Below, piece by piece: positions 37,801-49,504 of a stretch of DNA of 64,000 bases. How positions within the stretch are numbered: the first letter of the stretch is position 1; each line of letters starts with the position of its first letter. The notes beneath the pieces were generated by a model. That model searched no databases. It was not told the DNA's origin and worked only from the letters and a program-made list of their open reading frames with translations. The position numbers and the translations under genes are program-made. Source of the DNA: Antechinus flavipes (taxonomy: Eukaryota); assembly GCF_016432865.1 (NCBI RefSeq), contig NC_067400.1, forward strand, positions 264,802,001 through 264,866,000, read 5' to 3'.

Positions 37801-38374
37801 TGAGGTCAAGTTTTGTAGGAGCTTCCTAGTTGTCCCCAAGGATGTTCATAATAACATGACATTATATTAATTGGAATGTTAGTTCTCAGGAGGTTACGAA
37901 GAAGCTTTAAGAAGGTGGTATAGAAGCATTATGAGTGCATTTGCCAGAATAATTTTGGAATGGATATATCCTAAATTATTATGTGGGTAAGAGATCCTTT
38001 CTGGCAAGGAAACAGGGGATAGTCAGGTTAAAATTATTCCCTTTTGGGGAGGAGGGTAGCTAGAACAAATGGGGCAGCATCCAGGGTCGGGATGGTAGCA
38101 TTTGGGAAGAGGGCCTTTGCAAATAATGCATCAGGTCACATATGTGGGCTGCCTTAGGGATGCTGAAGGCACACCCAGCAATCCTGAATACCCCCACTGC
38201 CCACGGAGTTCCCTAGCCTGACTAAAGACTAAGGAGTTCTCTCCCACTGGCAGGGGCCCACAAAGTGACCAAGAGAGCTGGAGAGAAAATGCTAAGAGCA
38301 AAGCTCTCATTCTTGGAGTGTTATTCCACGTGCACCTGGAAAAAGTGGAAAGTAATAAGAAAGAAAGCTAATCT

Positions 38375-39403
38375 TAAGTGCCTCAGTCATCTTTTGAGTT
38401 ATTTAAGATGTGAAGGCCTGCCATTATGGATCTGCAAGGACTGAGCAGGCTGGAAAAAAGTTCCCACTGGCTGGGCTCTGGGATTAGAAACTGGCCTGAG
38501 GGTGTTTGAAATCATTCTGAAGGAGAAAGGGTGTGTCCCCTTTCTTCTGAGATGGGGAAGTAAAGGTGCCATGAGCAGGGGCATATGGGCAACTGAATCT
38601 GCAAGCCTGTTTCCCTTGCATATTTAATTGTAGAACTTTTTGCTGTCAAAAGTCCTCTTTCTTTACATATAACCCCATGAGTGTGCAAAATATGAAAAGC
38701 ATATTTGGAGTCAGTATAGATGTTCACTTTCAATAGTTTTTCCAGTTCCAAGAAAACTGGACCCTCTGTAAACCATTCACCATCTGGGTTGTAATGTCAC
38801 CGACTGAGTATTGTCAAGGAGCAGAGCTGCAGGGGTAAGGATGTGCACACTGGGAGAGTCAAGTTGGGGTGTCTAGCAGGAGAGCCTGAGCTGGTAAACC
38901 TCCTTCTAGAAAGCCATTGATGACCTTTGGTTTCAAATATGCTCAATTAGAAGGGCTGTGGCAGCTAATTTTAAGGCAGGAAGTTCACCCTCAAAACACA
39001 AAGTTTCTTTGAGAAGTAAGCAAGGGTCTGGGATAAGATTCAAGAGTCAAAGCCCTAGCACCTGGCCCACCTTTCATCATCCTCCAGAGTAAAAGGCTTA
39101 AGGTAGGACTAAGGCTGAGTAAGAGATTAGTTTATCTTTTAGGGTCTTAATAAACTATGCGGGCCCTTAGACAAAGAAACTTCATAGCCTTGAGTGGGGG
39201 ACTGTCCATATGCATTGATGGGGATTATATTCCCCTGGATTTGCCCCTGAATTTTTATGCAGTGGTATGCAAAGGAAAGCATCTTTAAGATCTAAAGTAG
39301 AAAAACATTTTGTCCCCTGGAAAACTTGTATAGGGCTCATGGCTTCTACTGACCATTTGCTCTGATGATAGAAATTTGCTATAAGAGGAAAAAGCAGAGA
39401 CAT
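38375..39403 (-). pseudogene. pol: ERV pol remnants (RT, connection, RNase H, integrase) with large internal deletions and frameshifts
   Basis: RT FSTLDLKDAFLCIPLH (about 39257-39306) and WTV jumping straight to QGYEVS; PLAYFSKKL (about 39000-39026); RNase H VNIYTDSKYAFHILHTHGVICKERGLLT (about 38640-38740); IN SLQIHNG/AFTS*ITQKMTEALKI (about 38375-38445). Confidence 0.9.
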
Positions 39404-40784
39404 GATTATAACAGCATCAAAATGGATCCTTCAGGCTTCAGCCTGAAAGCACATACATGACAGGATGTCTGTCTGTCTGTCTGACATGCTGATCATGCAA
39501 TAATAATTAGCCAGACTCAGAAATAATCAGGTAGGAAACAAAGAAACAGAACTGGGGAACTAAGTCAGAAGGATTCCACTTTAAGCAGAAGCTAAAGTTG
39601 TCCTTTCAACTCTTGCCCAGATAAAATCCCACTTGGAAACTTACAGCATTTCTCTTGAAGGGTGGGCTACTGACTTAATGATCAGGCAACCAGATTCAGA
39701 AGTCAAAAGAATATTGGTAATAGTCCCAAGAGATTTTATCTCTAATAGCAAATTCTACCAATCACAGCTTAGGACTAGATACATTATTTTTAAAATTTAC
39801 CAGGACTTAAATCCATAAGAGATCTTGTTTATCATGTTTTATATGTTTAAACTTATCCTGGTGCAAAGGATCAATCATTATACAGGCTTATAAATTTACT
39901 TAGAATTTTCATTCTTTGTTCATTGTTTAGAAACTATAAATCCTAAACAGGCTCATGTCTCAGGGCTGATGGCTTTGCTTACCCTAATGGTTTCAAGAAA
40001 ACTGGCAAGCCTACAAATTAAGGGGAATTAACAGAGACTCCAGGGAAGGGGCTAAGCTTGCTGTTGCCCATCCCAACAATTCTTAGTGTTTTTCTGGGCT
40101 GTGCTGTTTGATATGTCTCCCATTCTGTGAAGTGGAAAAAAATATTGCACACTTCATTCTTGGAGGTAACTGATAATTTAACATGATGAGAATAATTCCA
40201 AGAAACTTAGTTAACAATTTTAGAATTTTCTTAAGTAATAGCCAAATAGTCTTAGCTGTAGTTTCAGTTCCCTTAAATAAGTTTCCCTTTTGTTTAAGGG
40301 ATAAAACAAGACAATCCTTAAAATTGAGATAGAATAGATTTTTAAATTGACTTAATTTTAGTTAATGAGATTCCCTAAATTCTGATTAAATGTTCTAGAC
40401 AAACTGAATTGACATTTGGTTATTTTCCAATTCATGCAAATCATTTCTCTTCTGTGAGCCAGGAAAAGGGTTGAGGTGGCACTTTTTACTGACAGGGCTC
40501 TCAGAAGTCTGACTCTAGATAACTAGAATTTTTAAAGTAGTGGCAAACTGCTTTTCTGTTTTCCTAAAGTTGCAAAACTCTTCTGTTAACACTATCAGTA
40601 CAAATAGATTACAATTCACAGATCCCTTTAGTGAGCTTTAATTAAAACTCTTTTAAAAATTGCTTTTACCATCATATTTCAGACAAATTTCCAAATTACT
40701 TTACATACACATAGAAATCATTTATCTGTTGGTCACATCTAAAAAACCCATAAAGTTATCAAATATGAAGCAATTATATCCGAT

Positions 40785-40965
40785 AAGCAGTTAACATTCA
40801 AATAGCACATTTTATGCTAAGCATTTTTGCAATCATATGGTCTTCACAACTATTATTTCTCTTTACAAATCAGAAAACTGAGCAGAGATAAAATAATTTG
40901 CTATAAATTACATAGCTAATACATATCCATAATTGAAACGGAGAATGGTGCTTTTACCAAATGCA
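40785..40965 (-). mobile_element. Heavily decayed near-full-length MIR inside the provirus
   Basis: gcagttaacattcaaatagcac...gtcttcacaactattatttctctttacaaatcagaaaactgagcagag...ggtgcttttaccaaatgcataagctg follows the antisense MIR consensus from tail to head. Confidence 0.7.
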
Positions 40966-40988
40966 TAAGCTGACTGGGTTTTCTCACT

Positions 40989-41201
40989 TCACATTGACAT
41001 GCTGGGTGGTGCCAGGAGTACCCAAATTCTGGCCAGAACCTGCTGAAGGCTCAGGTAACTAGTGCCAAAATAACCCTTTGATGGTAGTTTCAGGAGCCAA
41101 AACTCAGGAAATGCTGACCATGGAACCTGACCCCGACTCCATTCCCATTTCCCAAAGCTGGATTGGGGAGGTGTTTGGGCAAGACTGAATGAGTTCCCCA
41201 C
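40989..41201 (-). pseudogene. Possible gag matrix (p15-like) remnant, GTG in place of ATG
   Basis: (M)GNSFS fits the MGxxxS myristoylation consensus. TPxxxxxGKW has the same spacing as MLV TPLSLTLGHW, and SAFPEF..LPSKGYF resembles SAEWPTF..WPRDGTF. Position fits a gag start after the leader. By-eye match only. Confidence 0.4.
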
Positions 41202-41524
41202 AATTTTGCTTCCCCTATTTCTACAGGTGAGGCAGAATTTGAGTGTTAATCTGATCTGAGTTAAAAGGGATTAGCAATAAATTGCTATTTACCTGATTTG
41301 TTTTTCTTTCTTCCATAATGGGGTAAATTCCTGGAATTATTTCCAGTATTTCAAGAATTTATCTTGCAATCTTAAAATGATTAATTGGCATACTTCTTAA
41401 TCATTGCTTTCAAAAATTTTGAGAATCTGCTAAGATGTTATTTTTATTTTATTTAGTTAACTTTTTTGTGTAGCCCCTAGATTAGCCAGAGCTGAAGTCC
41501 ACAGAAAAAAAGTTAGGCTTTTCA

Positions 41525-41680
41525 GAGCAGCCAGGTGGCAAAGTGGTTAGAGCACCAGTCCTGAAGTCAGGAGGACCTGAATTCAAATCTGGCTTCAGAC
41601 ACTTAACACTTCCTGAATGTCTGACCTTGGGCAAGTCACTTAACTCCAACTGCCTCAGGAAAAAAAAAAAAAAAAAAAAA
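41525..41680 (+). mobile_element. WSINE1-type SINE inserted in the ERV leader
   Basis: gcagccaggtggcaaagtggttagagcacc...ctcagg + poly-A; imperfect TSD agttaggcttttcaga / ggtcaggcctttaaaga. Confidence 0.9.
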
Positions 41681-42052
41681 GGTCAGGCCTTTAAAGAAAT
41701 TTTCCCAGCATTTTAACAGAGGATTTAAATTTCTTTTTTTTTTTTTTTTTGCTAGTTACATTTTAAATCTTTTCAGGTAACAAAATCTAGTTCACAGAAC
41801 AAACATGACACAGACATCCTGCACAAAGATTTAACCACAGACAAAATGACGTGAAAGAGGACCATCCCATTTTTGCCAAAAGCCATTTGTCTTCTCCTTA
41901 TGAACGTTGCAAAAATTGCAAGAATTTCCCAATCTGGGCATTTCCAGTCAAGGTAAACTTGCTGAGTGTGAGTGTCACAATGACCCAGACAAGCCTTCTC
42001 CCAGTGGCTTGGGGTGTCTCACTATAGGATTGTGGGATAAAAAATTGGCGGG

Positions 42053-42063
42053 CTTACCTTGAC
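42053..42063 (-). promoter_or_regulatory. ERV major splice donor
   Basis: Minus strand GTCAAG|GTAAGC about 60 nt downstream of the 5' LTR, the typical class I leader position. Confidence 0.6.
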
Positions 42064-42093
42064 AAAGAGGGAATCAAGCTAGGGGAGGCCAGA

Positions 42094-42111
42094 CTCTTCC
42101 CATAAATGCCA
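42094..42111 (-). promoter_or_regulatory. Degenerate primer-binding site
   Basis: TGGCATTTATGGGAAGAG just after the 5' LTR. Closest by eye to tRNA-Gly PBS (TGGTGCATTGGCCGGGAA), but a poor match. Confidence 0.35.
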
Positions 42112-42116
42112 CAAAA

Positions 42117-42561
42117 TGTTGAAATTGGGAAAGGGTGGCAAGATATCTCAAAAGAATTTGCAGGCTTGAAGCCATTTCCTGGTCAAGGGGCAAAGTTTTA
42201 TTGTAATTATAACACCATTACCAGCGAACTAAATTCCAACAGAATTTAGCAAGTTCCCAAGAGAGGTGAGACAGCTTTATCCAGCTTTCTATCATTGACA
42301 AGTTAATTCTATGGCCCAGAGGTAGGGCCAAGGCCAGGGAGTGGTCTCCTGATTTTGGTTCTTACTCACCAGATTATTATTCAGCAATGAATTGAGGAGT
42401 CTTCTATTCAGAATCAGACAGATTGTTGTTCTTAGATTGGGAGTGTGGGAAGTCCCTGAAGCAGACTCCAAAACCAGAAGATTTAGAATTACTGACTTAT
42501 TGTTAGAACAGAAGCCCCTCTAAAATCAGGGGACCTCAATGTCATAAGCTATATTACATCA
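42117..42561 (-). mobile_element. 5' LTR (445 bp)
   Basis: Aligns to 36739-37188 at roughly 88% by manual count, plus two indels of about 25-30 bp; AATAAA at 42197-42202 (minus). Confidence 0.93.
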
Positions 42562-42579
42562 CAAGAAAAGATTAAAATT

Positions 42580-43625
42580 GGGCCTTATTCTCAAGTCTTC
42601 CCTTTCCCACATTCTCAGCTGAAAATTTTGTCTCATATCCTACAGAAAAAAATTGAGATTGTTTTCCATAAGTTTCCTTTTCTCCTTTATTTTTTACTTC
42701 ATACCACTCAGATGCCTTCTGCCATTATTTCCTCCTTTTGTCTCACATGAAGCACTGGCCCTACTCCTCACCAAGGCAAATCACAAGCATAAATGATTCC
42801 ATTCCATCCCATCTCATCTAGCAGATTGCTTCCTCTATAAACTCCATTATCCCACTTATGTTCAATCTCTCATTATGTACTCACTGCTTTCCTACTACCT
42901 GCAACATGTCCATGTCTCCCCCTTCTTCAAAAAATCCTTGCTTGATCCATCATCCCTGCTATTGTCCCCTATCTCTTCTGCCTTTTGTGACTAAACTCCT
43001 TGAGAAGGCTGTCTACAATAGGTGCCTCCATTTTCTCTCCTCTCACTTATTAACTCCTTACAATCTGGCTGCTGACCTCATCATTCCACTGAAATTGCAT
43101 TTTCCAAAGTTACCAGTAATCTCTTATTTGCCTTTTCTCAGATTTCATTCTTCTTAACCTCTGCAGTTTTTGACACTATTGGTCACCCACCCTCTTCTCC
43201 TCTGATACTTTCTTCTCTCTAGGTTGTCAGAATATTCTCAAGTTTTCTCTTAGTTTTCCTCTAACCCATCAGACCTCTTCATTTCATTCTCCTTTGCTGG
43301 ATGTCATCCAGATCATAACTACATATTGGGAATATTTATCAGGCATTCTTTTGAGTCCTCTTCTCTTCTCCCTCTATTCTATTTCATGGAATAATTTCAT
43401 CAGCTCCAATGAATTCAATTACCTCTCTATGCTGATGATTCTCATCATCTACTTATCCTGACAACCTTTCTGCTGACCTCCACTATTCTTCTCCGTTTGC
43501 TTATGTCTTTCCTAATCAGACTGTGAGTTCCTTGAAGGTAAGAACCATCTTTTTATATCCTAGCACTTGGCATAGTGATTGGCACATAGAAGGCATTAAA
43601 TAAATATTTATTGACAGACTGACAG
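42580..43625 (+). mobile_element. L2 LINE ORF2 (RT) fragment to 3' end
   Basis: ORF 42858-43157 YCPLSLLPFVTKLLEKAVYNRCLHFLSSH matches L2 YRPISLLPFLSKLLEKAV; 3' end cttggcatagtgattggcacatagaaggcattaaataaatatt. Confidence 0.88.
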
Positions 43626-43935
43626 TTAAGTGATGGAGAGAACATTCAAACTACGTTTGATGTACAAATAAGATATATAGAAGAAAAAATGAGGACAGTG
43701 ACAGAGCAAAGGCACTAAAATTAAGAACTTGGAAAGGTTTTTTTTTTTTTTCCAAAAGATGAAACTTTAGCTAAGACTTGAAGGTATTAGGGAATGTAGG
43801 AAATGAAGATCAGGAGAAAGAGATTCTATATAAGTAGGATAGCCCTTGAAAATTCTGTGTCAAGAGATAGAGTGTCTTAGACAAGGAACAGCAAAGAAGC
43901 CAGTGTTACTGGGATAGAGTATGTGTATATATTGT

Positions 43936-44545
43936 GTTGTTGATGGTGGTAGTGATCCTTTGTTCTCAAAGAGGATCTAAATGACATCACTATGTTAGAA
44001 TTGAGTTATAGTGTGTCCTACTGTGGGTGATCAGACCAGTATGAGCTCAGAATTTCTGCCACAGGTCAGAAACAAATAGTTCCTATGAGCATTTGGGGTG
44101 GATTCTTTAATTTTGCTCATCTCTCATTTCTTCTAAGCTAATTCAATTCTGCTTTGTTCATAAAACCTAGCACCTTCCCTGATGAAGGCACACCGTGCTG
44201 GATTATCCCGTGCCAGTGTCTCCCGTGTCATACAACCAATTCTAAAGTTCTTAAGAGTGTCCTTGTATCGCTTTTTCTGACCACCTTGTGAGCTCTTGAG
44301 CCCTTTGTGAGTTCTCTATAAAATAATCTTTTTGGCAAGCATACATGTGGCCAGGCCAATGGAGTTGTGCTTTCCAAAGTAGAATTGGTCTCAGTATCTG
44401 ATATCTTATCCTGCCAAGTGATCTTCAGAATTTCTGAAGACAATTCTGATAGAAATGATTCTGTTTCCTGGCATGGCGCTGTCCGGATTTCATAGGCTTA
44501 CAACAATGAGGTCAGCAGATTTGATTGCTTATACTTCACAAAATA
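43936..44545 (-). mobile_element. RTE-1-type LINE 3' fragment
   Basis: ILKITWQDKI..TE and LPKRLFYRELTKG...KDTL on minus; ends in a CAA-like tail; paralogous to 63079-63474. Confidence 0.88.
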
Positions 44546-44920
44546 TTTTAGGGTTTGGAGGCTAGACTTTTTTTCTTCTCTATTTATTCTATAATTTCAC
44601 CCCCCAAAAAAATTGAGATAATTAACTTTTGTCTCATGTGGTTTTCAATTAAAATTTTTTGAAATATAGCTCTGGTAAACTAGGCTTCAATAAAGCCCAG
44701 TGGGATTTAAAAGGAACTACTTGACTATGCCTTTAAACTCAAATCGCTTAATAAGTTAAACTCAAGTCACTCTGGTTTTCATTGATTGGTCAATAATAGA
44801 TCCCAACTCAAGCCTCATTTGTCCATTATGTTTTTGATGCTTCAGAGTGAGTGTAAATAGCAATTGTTTCTGTTCTGGCCAGAAATTTTGAAGGTTTTCC
44901 TCTCCCAGATTGGGGTGTGT

Positions 44921-44924
<4 letters not shown>

Positions 44925-44969
<45 letters not shown>

Positions 44970-44979
44970 GTGTGTGTGT
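44925..44979. repeat. (TG)n microsatellite, about 27 units
   Basis: Read directly; one TGCG interruption. Confidence 0.97.
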
Positions 44980-45029
44980 AAAGATAGGGGGTAGAAGTGG
45001 GACAGATTTTTAAAAACATTGATTGAAAA

Positions 45030-45650
45030 CAAAGGATTTTACATTTGATCCCAGAAGCAATAGGGAACCACTTAGAATTGGTGGAGGACATGGTAAGACC
45101 TGCATTTTACAAAGATGAATTTGACAGCTGATTGGAGTGGGGTAAGACATAAACAGGGAGAAAAACCAAGAATCAGAAGACTATTACAATAAACCAGAAA
45201 TGACCTGATGAAGGTCTACCTCAGGATAGTAGTGCTGTCAGAGAAGAGAAGGGGACCATGCAAAAAAATGTCATAAAAGTAAAAAAAAAATTGTATTTTA
45301 TGTAATTTGAGGAATGGGAGAAATATTAGCAGTTGAGAGAATCAGAAAAGTCCTCATATAAGAGAATGCATTTGAGCTGAACTTTGAAGAAATTTGGAAA
45401 ATCTAAGGAAGAGGTAAGGAAGGAGTGCATTCCAGGTAAAATGGAAAAGCAGGAGACCAATATGTAAAAGATAATTATCTATAATAATGCTAGAAAGTTA
45501 TTCTGATATTAAGTTGTAAAGACCTTTAAATGCCTGAGAATTTGATCTGAAAATGAATAGGGAATCACTGAAATTCTTCCAAATAGAGGGAATGACATGA
45601 TCAAATCTGTGTTTCAAGAGTGTCATCGGAATAGAAACAGTGCCACTGAA
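45030..45650 (-). mobile_element. L2 fragments, antisense
   Basis: tttacatttgatcccagaagcaatagggaacc; gcatttgagctgaactttgaag; tttgatctgaaaatgaatagggaatc. Confidence 0.65.
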
Positions 45651-46092
45651 GCATGCATTTTGACCCCATGGGGGAGGGAACCCTAATTAAAGGAAATGCA
45701 CAACCAGAAGCTTCTATTTGGTTTTCTGTTTAGTCTTCTGTTTCGGGAGGGGGACATGGGGTCTACATCAAAGAGAATTGACCACTGACAGGAAAAAGAG
45801 CCAAGTCAGTAAATAGATTTTAAAAGGACGATCTTTCCATCTTCAAATTCTCTCTTGGACTTACCCTGAGGGGAGGAAGATGCTCCTCTCAAGATAGTCA
45901 ACAAGCCTTGTTTCAAGAATTTATAATATCCCTACCTTTGTGCTAATCACTGGGGATACAGGAAAAAATAAAAACAGAGTCTCCTGTCAAAGAGCTTAAG
46001 TTTCACTAGAAAGAGACAAATTGTAAATAATTAGACATATACTAAATATGAACAGAATCTGATGAGTGATACCCTAAAGAAGGGGAGATGGT

Positions 46093-46440
46093 TCAGAATT
46101 GTGGTTCTGGAGAAGACTTTTGAAAGTCCATTAGGAGATCAAATCACTTAAAGAAATTAACTCAAGCTATTGACTAGAAGATCAAACACTAACACTGAAG
46201 CTTAATGATTCTGGCCAAGTACTAAAAAAGGGGGACTCATTGAAAACAACCCTGATGTTGGGAAAGATTGAAGCGATAAGGAAAAGGAAGGCAGATAATA
46301 GGATGGAAGGATGGATAGATTCCATGCTTGGATAAATATAGATGCAATAATGATGAGTTTGGACAGACTTCAGGAAATAGAGAAGGATCTGACTTGTCTC
46401 TTTATGACTCTGTGGAGTCATTCCCTTGAACAACTACAAC
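46093..46440 (+). mobile_element. BovB-like RTE LINE 3' end
   Basis: From 46150 reads KEINSSY*LEDQTLTLKLNDSGQVLKKGDSLKTTLMLGKIEAIRKRKADNRMEGWID, resembling BovB KEI.PEYSLEGLMLKLKLQYFGHLMRRADSLEKTLMLGKIEG.RRRG.QRMRWLD. Confidence 0.85.
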
Positions 46441-47869
46441 CCTAGGGTGGGGAGGAAAGGAAAAGACAACAGAAATCAAGGTGAGGAAAAGGTCTGAAGA
46501 AGATTGCATTGGAGAGTCTTGTAGGAAGCCTGGGAAACTGGTGGGAGGTGAGGAGGCAGAGCATCATAGAAATGGGGGACAGCCTGTACAAAGGTAAGGA
46601 GATAAGACACAGAATATTGACAACTAAGCCAGAATGATGAGTCAGAAAGATGTGTGTATTAGAGGATAGTGTAATTCTTGATGATGATGGTGATAGTAAT
46701 AGGGGCCAGTAGAACTCATTGACTAGGATGGCATAGTGAGAACTGAACTTTAGATAAATTTAGATAAATTACCTGAGCAGCTGAAGAGAGCATAAATTGA
46801 AGTAAGAAGTAACCTAAATGAGGATAGTATCTGTACAGATAGAGAGAAACATAAGGAAAGATGTTTTGAAGGCAGAAACAATAAGCTTTGTTAACTAATT
46901 GGATATGTGGAATGAGAAAGTTCGAGAAGTCCAGGAGGATAGCTGCCTTGCAGAATTCATTGCATTGAATTGCACTCCATTGAAAACACATGTGCTGACC
47001 TAAATGAGTCTGATTTTGTACAAGTGATGAAACAATTACTATAAGAGTTGAATTTTCAGGAGTTTGGCAGTTTTTACCTTCTTGAGTCAGAGTTGATTGA
47101 AAGCAAGAGGAGCTTTTTGCAAATACATTGTTATTGGAGAAAATGACCACCACAAGAAGTATGGGATAATGTCATGCACTAACTTGCTTTGTTATCTGGA
47201 CCTTGAGTGAATTGTTTTGAAAGTGCTAAGATGAAATGAAGTGGAAATGACTGTTGAGCTGTCCTATTAAGTATTTCCTGTTTTCATGTTTTAAGTGTAA
47301 TCCTTCCAGGAGATTATAATAAGAGTCATAATTTATTATTTCATGTTTTAAGTCTTCATCATTATGCTTATGTCTTTTGTGTTTTAAATATATCTTTTGT
47401 ATGGAGGAAATAAAAAGCTGTCCCACATTTGATCTATAATATTCAATGAATGTGTTTTTGCCTTAAATATGAATATCGATTAATATCTTTTGCTTTAAAT
47501 ATGAACCAAGTTTAAATTTAAAATGATTTATCCTAGAAATGGAAGGTTAGTCATAAAAACCACAAACAGTAAGATAGATTTTTCTCCCTTTCTTTAGAGA
47601 CTAGGTTCCTAAAAGATGGAACCAAGTTCATATTAACCCAGAGCTGAAGCTCTTCAGTGAGAGAAATCACACAAACGAGAGCATTTCATATATACATCTA
47701 GAATCTTCATCAAATTTGCAAATGCTATTAAATTAGAAGGCATAGACAACCAGATCCAAAAGGATCTGGACATGTTTTAAAGCATTAGCCTGGAGCATTT
47801 ATTCCTTTTGAATTTTTGAATAAAATCTAATAAAGGCAGCAAAATGATTCTGAACCTGATAAACCAGGA

Positions 47870-48850
47870 TAAAGTGCTGAACCTAAAACCAGGAAGACTT
47901 CTCTTCATGAATTCAAATCTCAGTTAAACACTTATTAGCAGTGTGCCCCTGAGCAAGTCACCTTCCCCTGTTTGCCTCAGTTTCCACATCTGCAAAAATG
48001 CTCCGGAGGAAGAAATAGCAAGCTACTCCAGTATCTTTGTCTAGAAACACTTGACTATCTGGTATTATGAAAAGTTGGACATGGGTGAAAAAAAGACCAA
48101 AAAAGACAAGATAAAACTTACTAGGAATAAATGTAAAGCATTGTACTTGGGTACAAAAAAAATCAACTTTACAAATATAGATGGGAGAGGTATGAAGAGT
48201 AGCAAATGATCTCTGCAAATAATCTTGAGGTTTTAGCAGACCAAATCTAATGAGACAGCAGTGTGATATGGCAGGGGGGAAAAAAGCTAACATGACATTG
48301 AATTGCATTGAGTGACATAGCTTCCAGAAACAAGATGATATTCCCACTGTGCTCTGTTCTCATAAGAACTCATTTGGACTATTATGTTCAGTTCAGTAGA
48401 CTACGATTTAAGGATAATAATAATAGGTTAGGGATGGTCTAGAAGATGACAGCTAGGAGGATGAAGGGTCTTGAGTCCATGATACATAAAGACTGATTTA
48501 AGAAGCTGATTAGAGGACACTGGGGGGAAGGGGAGACTGTAACATGATAGTTTTCAAAGAGTTCGAAGAACTGCCATATTGAAGAAGAACTGAACTTGTT
48601 TTGTTTGTCCCCAAGAGTAAAACTGGTTACAATGGGTGAAATTTATAAAATGACCAATGTGGGGGAAAAAAAATTTCTAACAATTCGAACTACCCAGAAG
48701 TATAATTGGCTATCTTGAGAGTTGGTGGGTATCCCCTCCTTAAAGATCTTAAAGCAAAGGCTTGATGAATACTTATTGATCTGTTATGGTAGGTGTATGG
48801 ATTGGATTAGATGGCCATGGAAATTCCTTTTATCTCTCAAACTCTGTGAT
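47870..48850 (+). mobile_element. Mar1-type SINE (about 47870-48085) followed by a CR1/L3 ORF2 3' fragment (about 48085-48850)
   Basis: CR1 motifs aataaatgtaaagcattgtacttggg, gaactcatttggactattatgttcagttc (HLEYCVQF), gggtatcccctccttaaagatcttaaagcaaaggc. Confidence 0.82.
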
Positions 48851-49281
48851 TCATTCATGATAACATCCCTGACAGTCATCCATCCTCTACTGGGACACTT
48901 CCAAAGATGGAAAAGTTTATTCACTACCCAACAAGTTAGCCTTGATCCCTTTGGGAAACTGAATTGTTAGTTTTTCTTTTCATGAAACTGGAATATGCCT
49001 CCTAATGTCTTCTTGGTCCTCTCTAGAGCTATATAGATTGAGAGCAATCTTTCTTCCACATGACACCTTGCCTAGTGGTACACTTGAAGACAGTCATGAT
49101 CCCTTCCCTTTAATCTTAATTCCAGGTTAAGCAAAGTTCAGGATATTGGCTAGCCAAAGCATAGTCAGTCTAACCTGATTTTCCCTAAAAGGTTCATTTC
49201 CTGAAGTTTACCAGTTGAAATTTTATTGGAGTCTTGTCCACTTTCTGATCTTCAAGAGTGTCTTATGAAGATGTAAATATC

Positions 49282-49435
49282 ACTGTAACCCATTCAACAT
49301 GTAAAGGACTGCATGCCTCTGGGGGAAGGGGTGGAGGGAGGGAGGGGAAAAATCGGAACAGAAGTGAATGCAAGGGATAATGCTGTAAAAAATTACCCTG
49401 GCATGCATTCTATCAATAAAAAGTTATTAAAAAAA
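49282..49435 (+). mobile_element. Very short young L1 3' end with 14-bp TSD
   Basis: TSD aagatgtaaatatc at 49268-49281 and 49436-49449; near-identical to the other young L1 tails. Confidence 0.92.
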
Positions 49436-49504
49436 AAGATGTAAATATCCATAAGAAAGGAAGCACCTTAGAAGGAAGCAGGTGACTTGGAGGTGAAAAG
49501 CTGG

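Larger units (their letters stand above)
36739..42561 (-). mobile_element. Class I (gamma-like, ERV1) endogenous retrovirus, internally deleted, two LTRs, 4-bp TSD
   Basis: TG...CA LTRs at both ends; TSD caag at 36735-36738 and 42562-42565; pol and env motifs on minus; purine-rich PPT AAAAGAGGAAAA before the 3' LTR. Confidence 0.93.

Noticed and set aside
44762-45091. His/Thr-repeat ORFs
   Set aside because: Translation of the (TG)n microsatellite.
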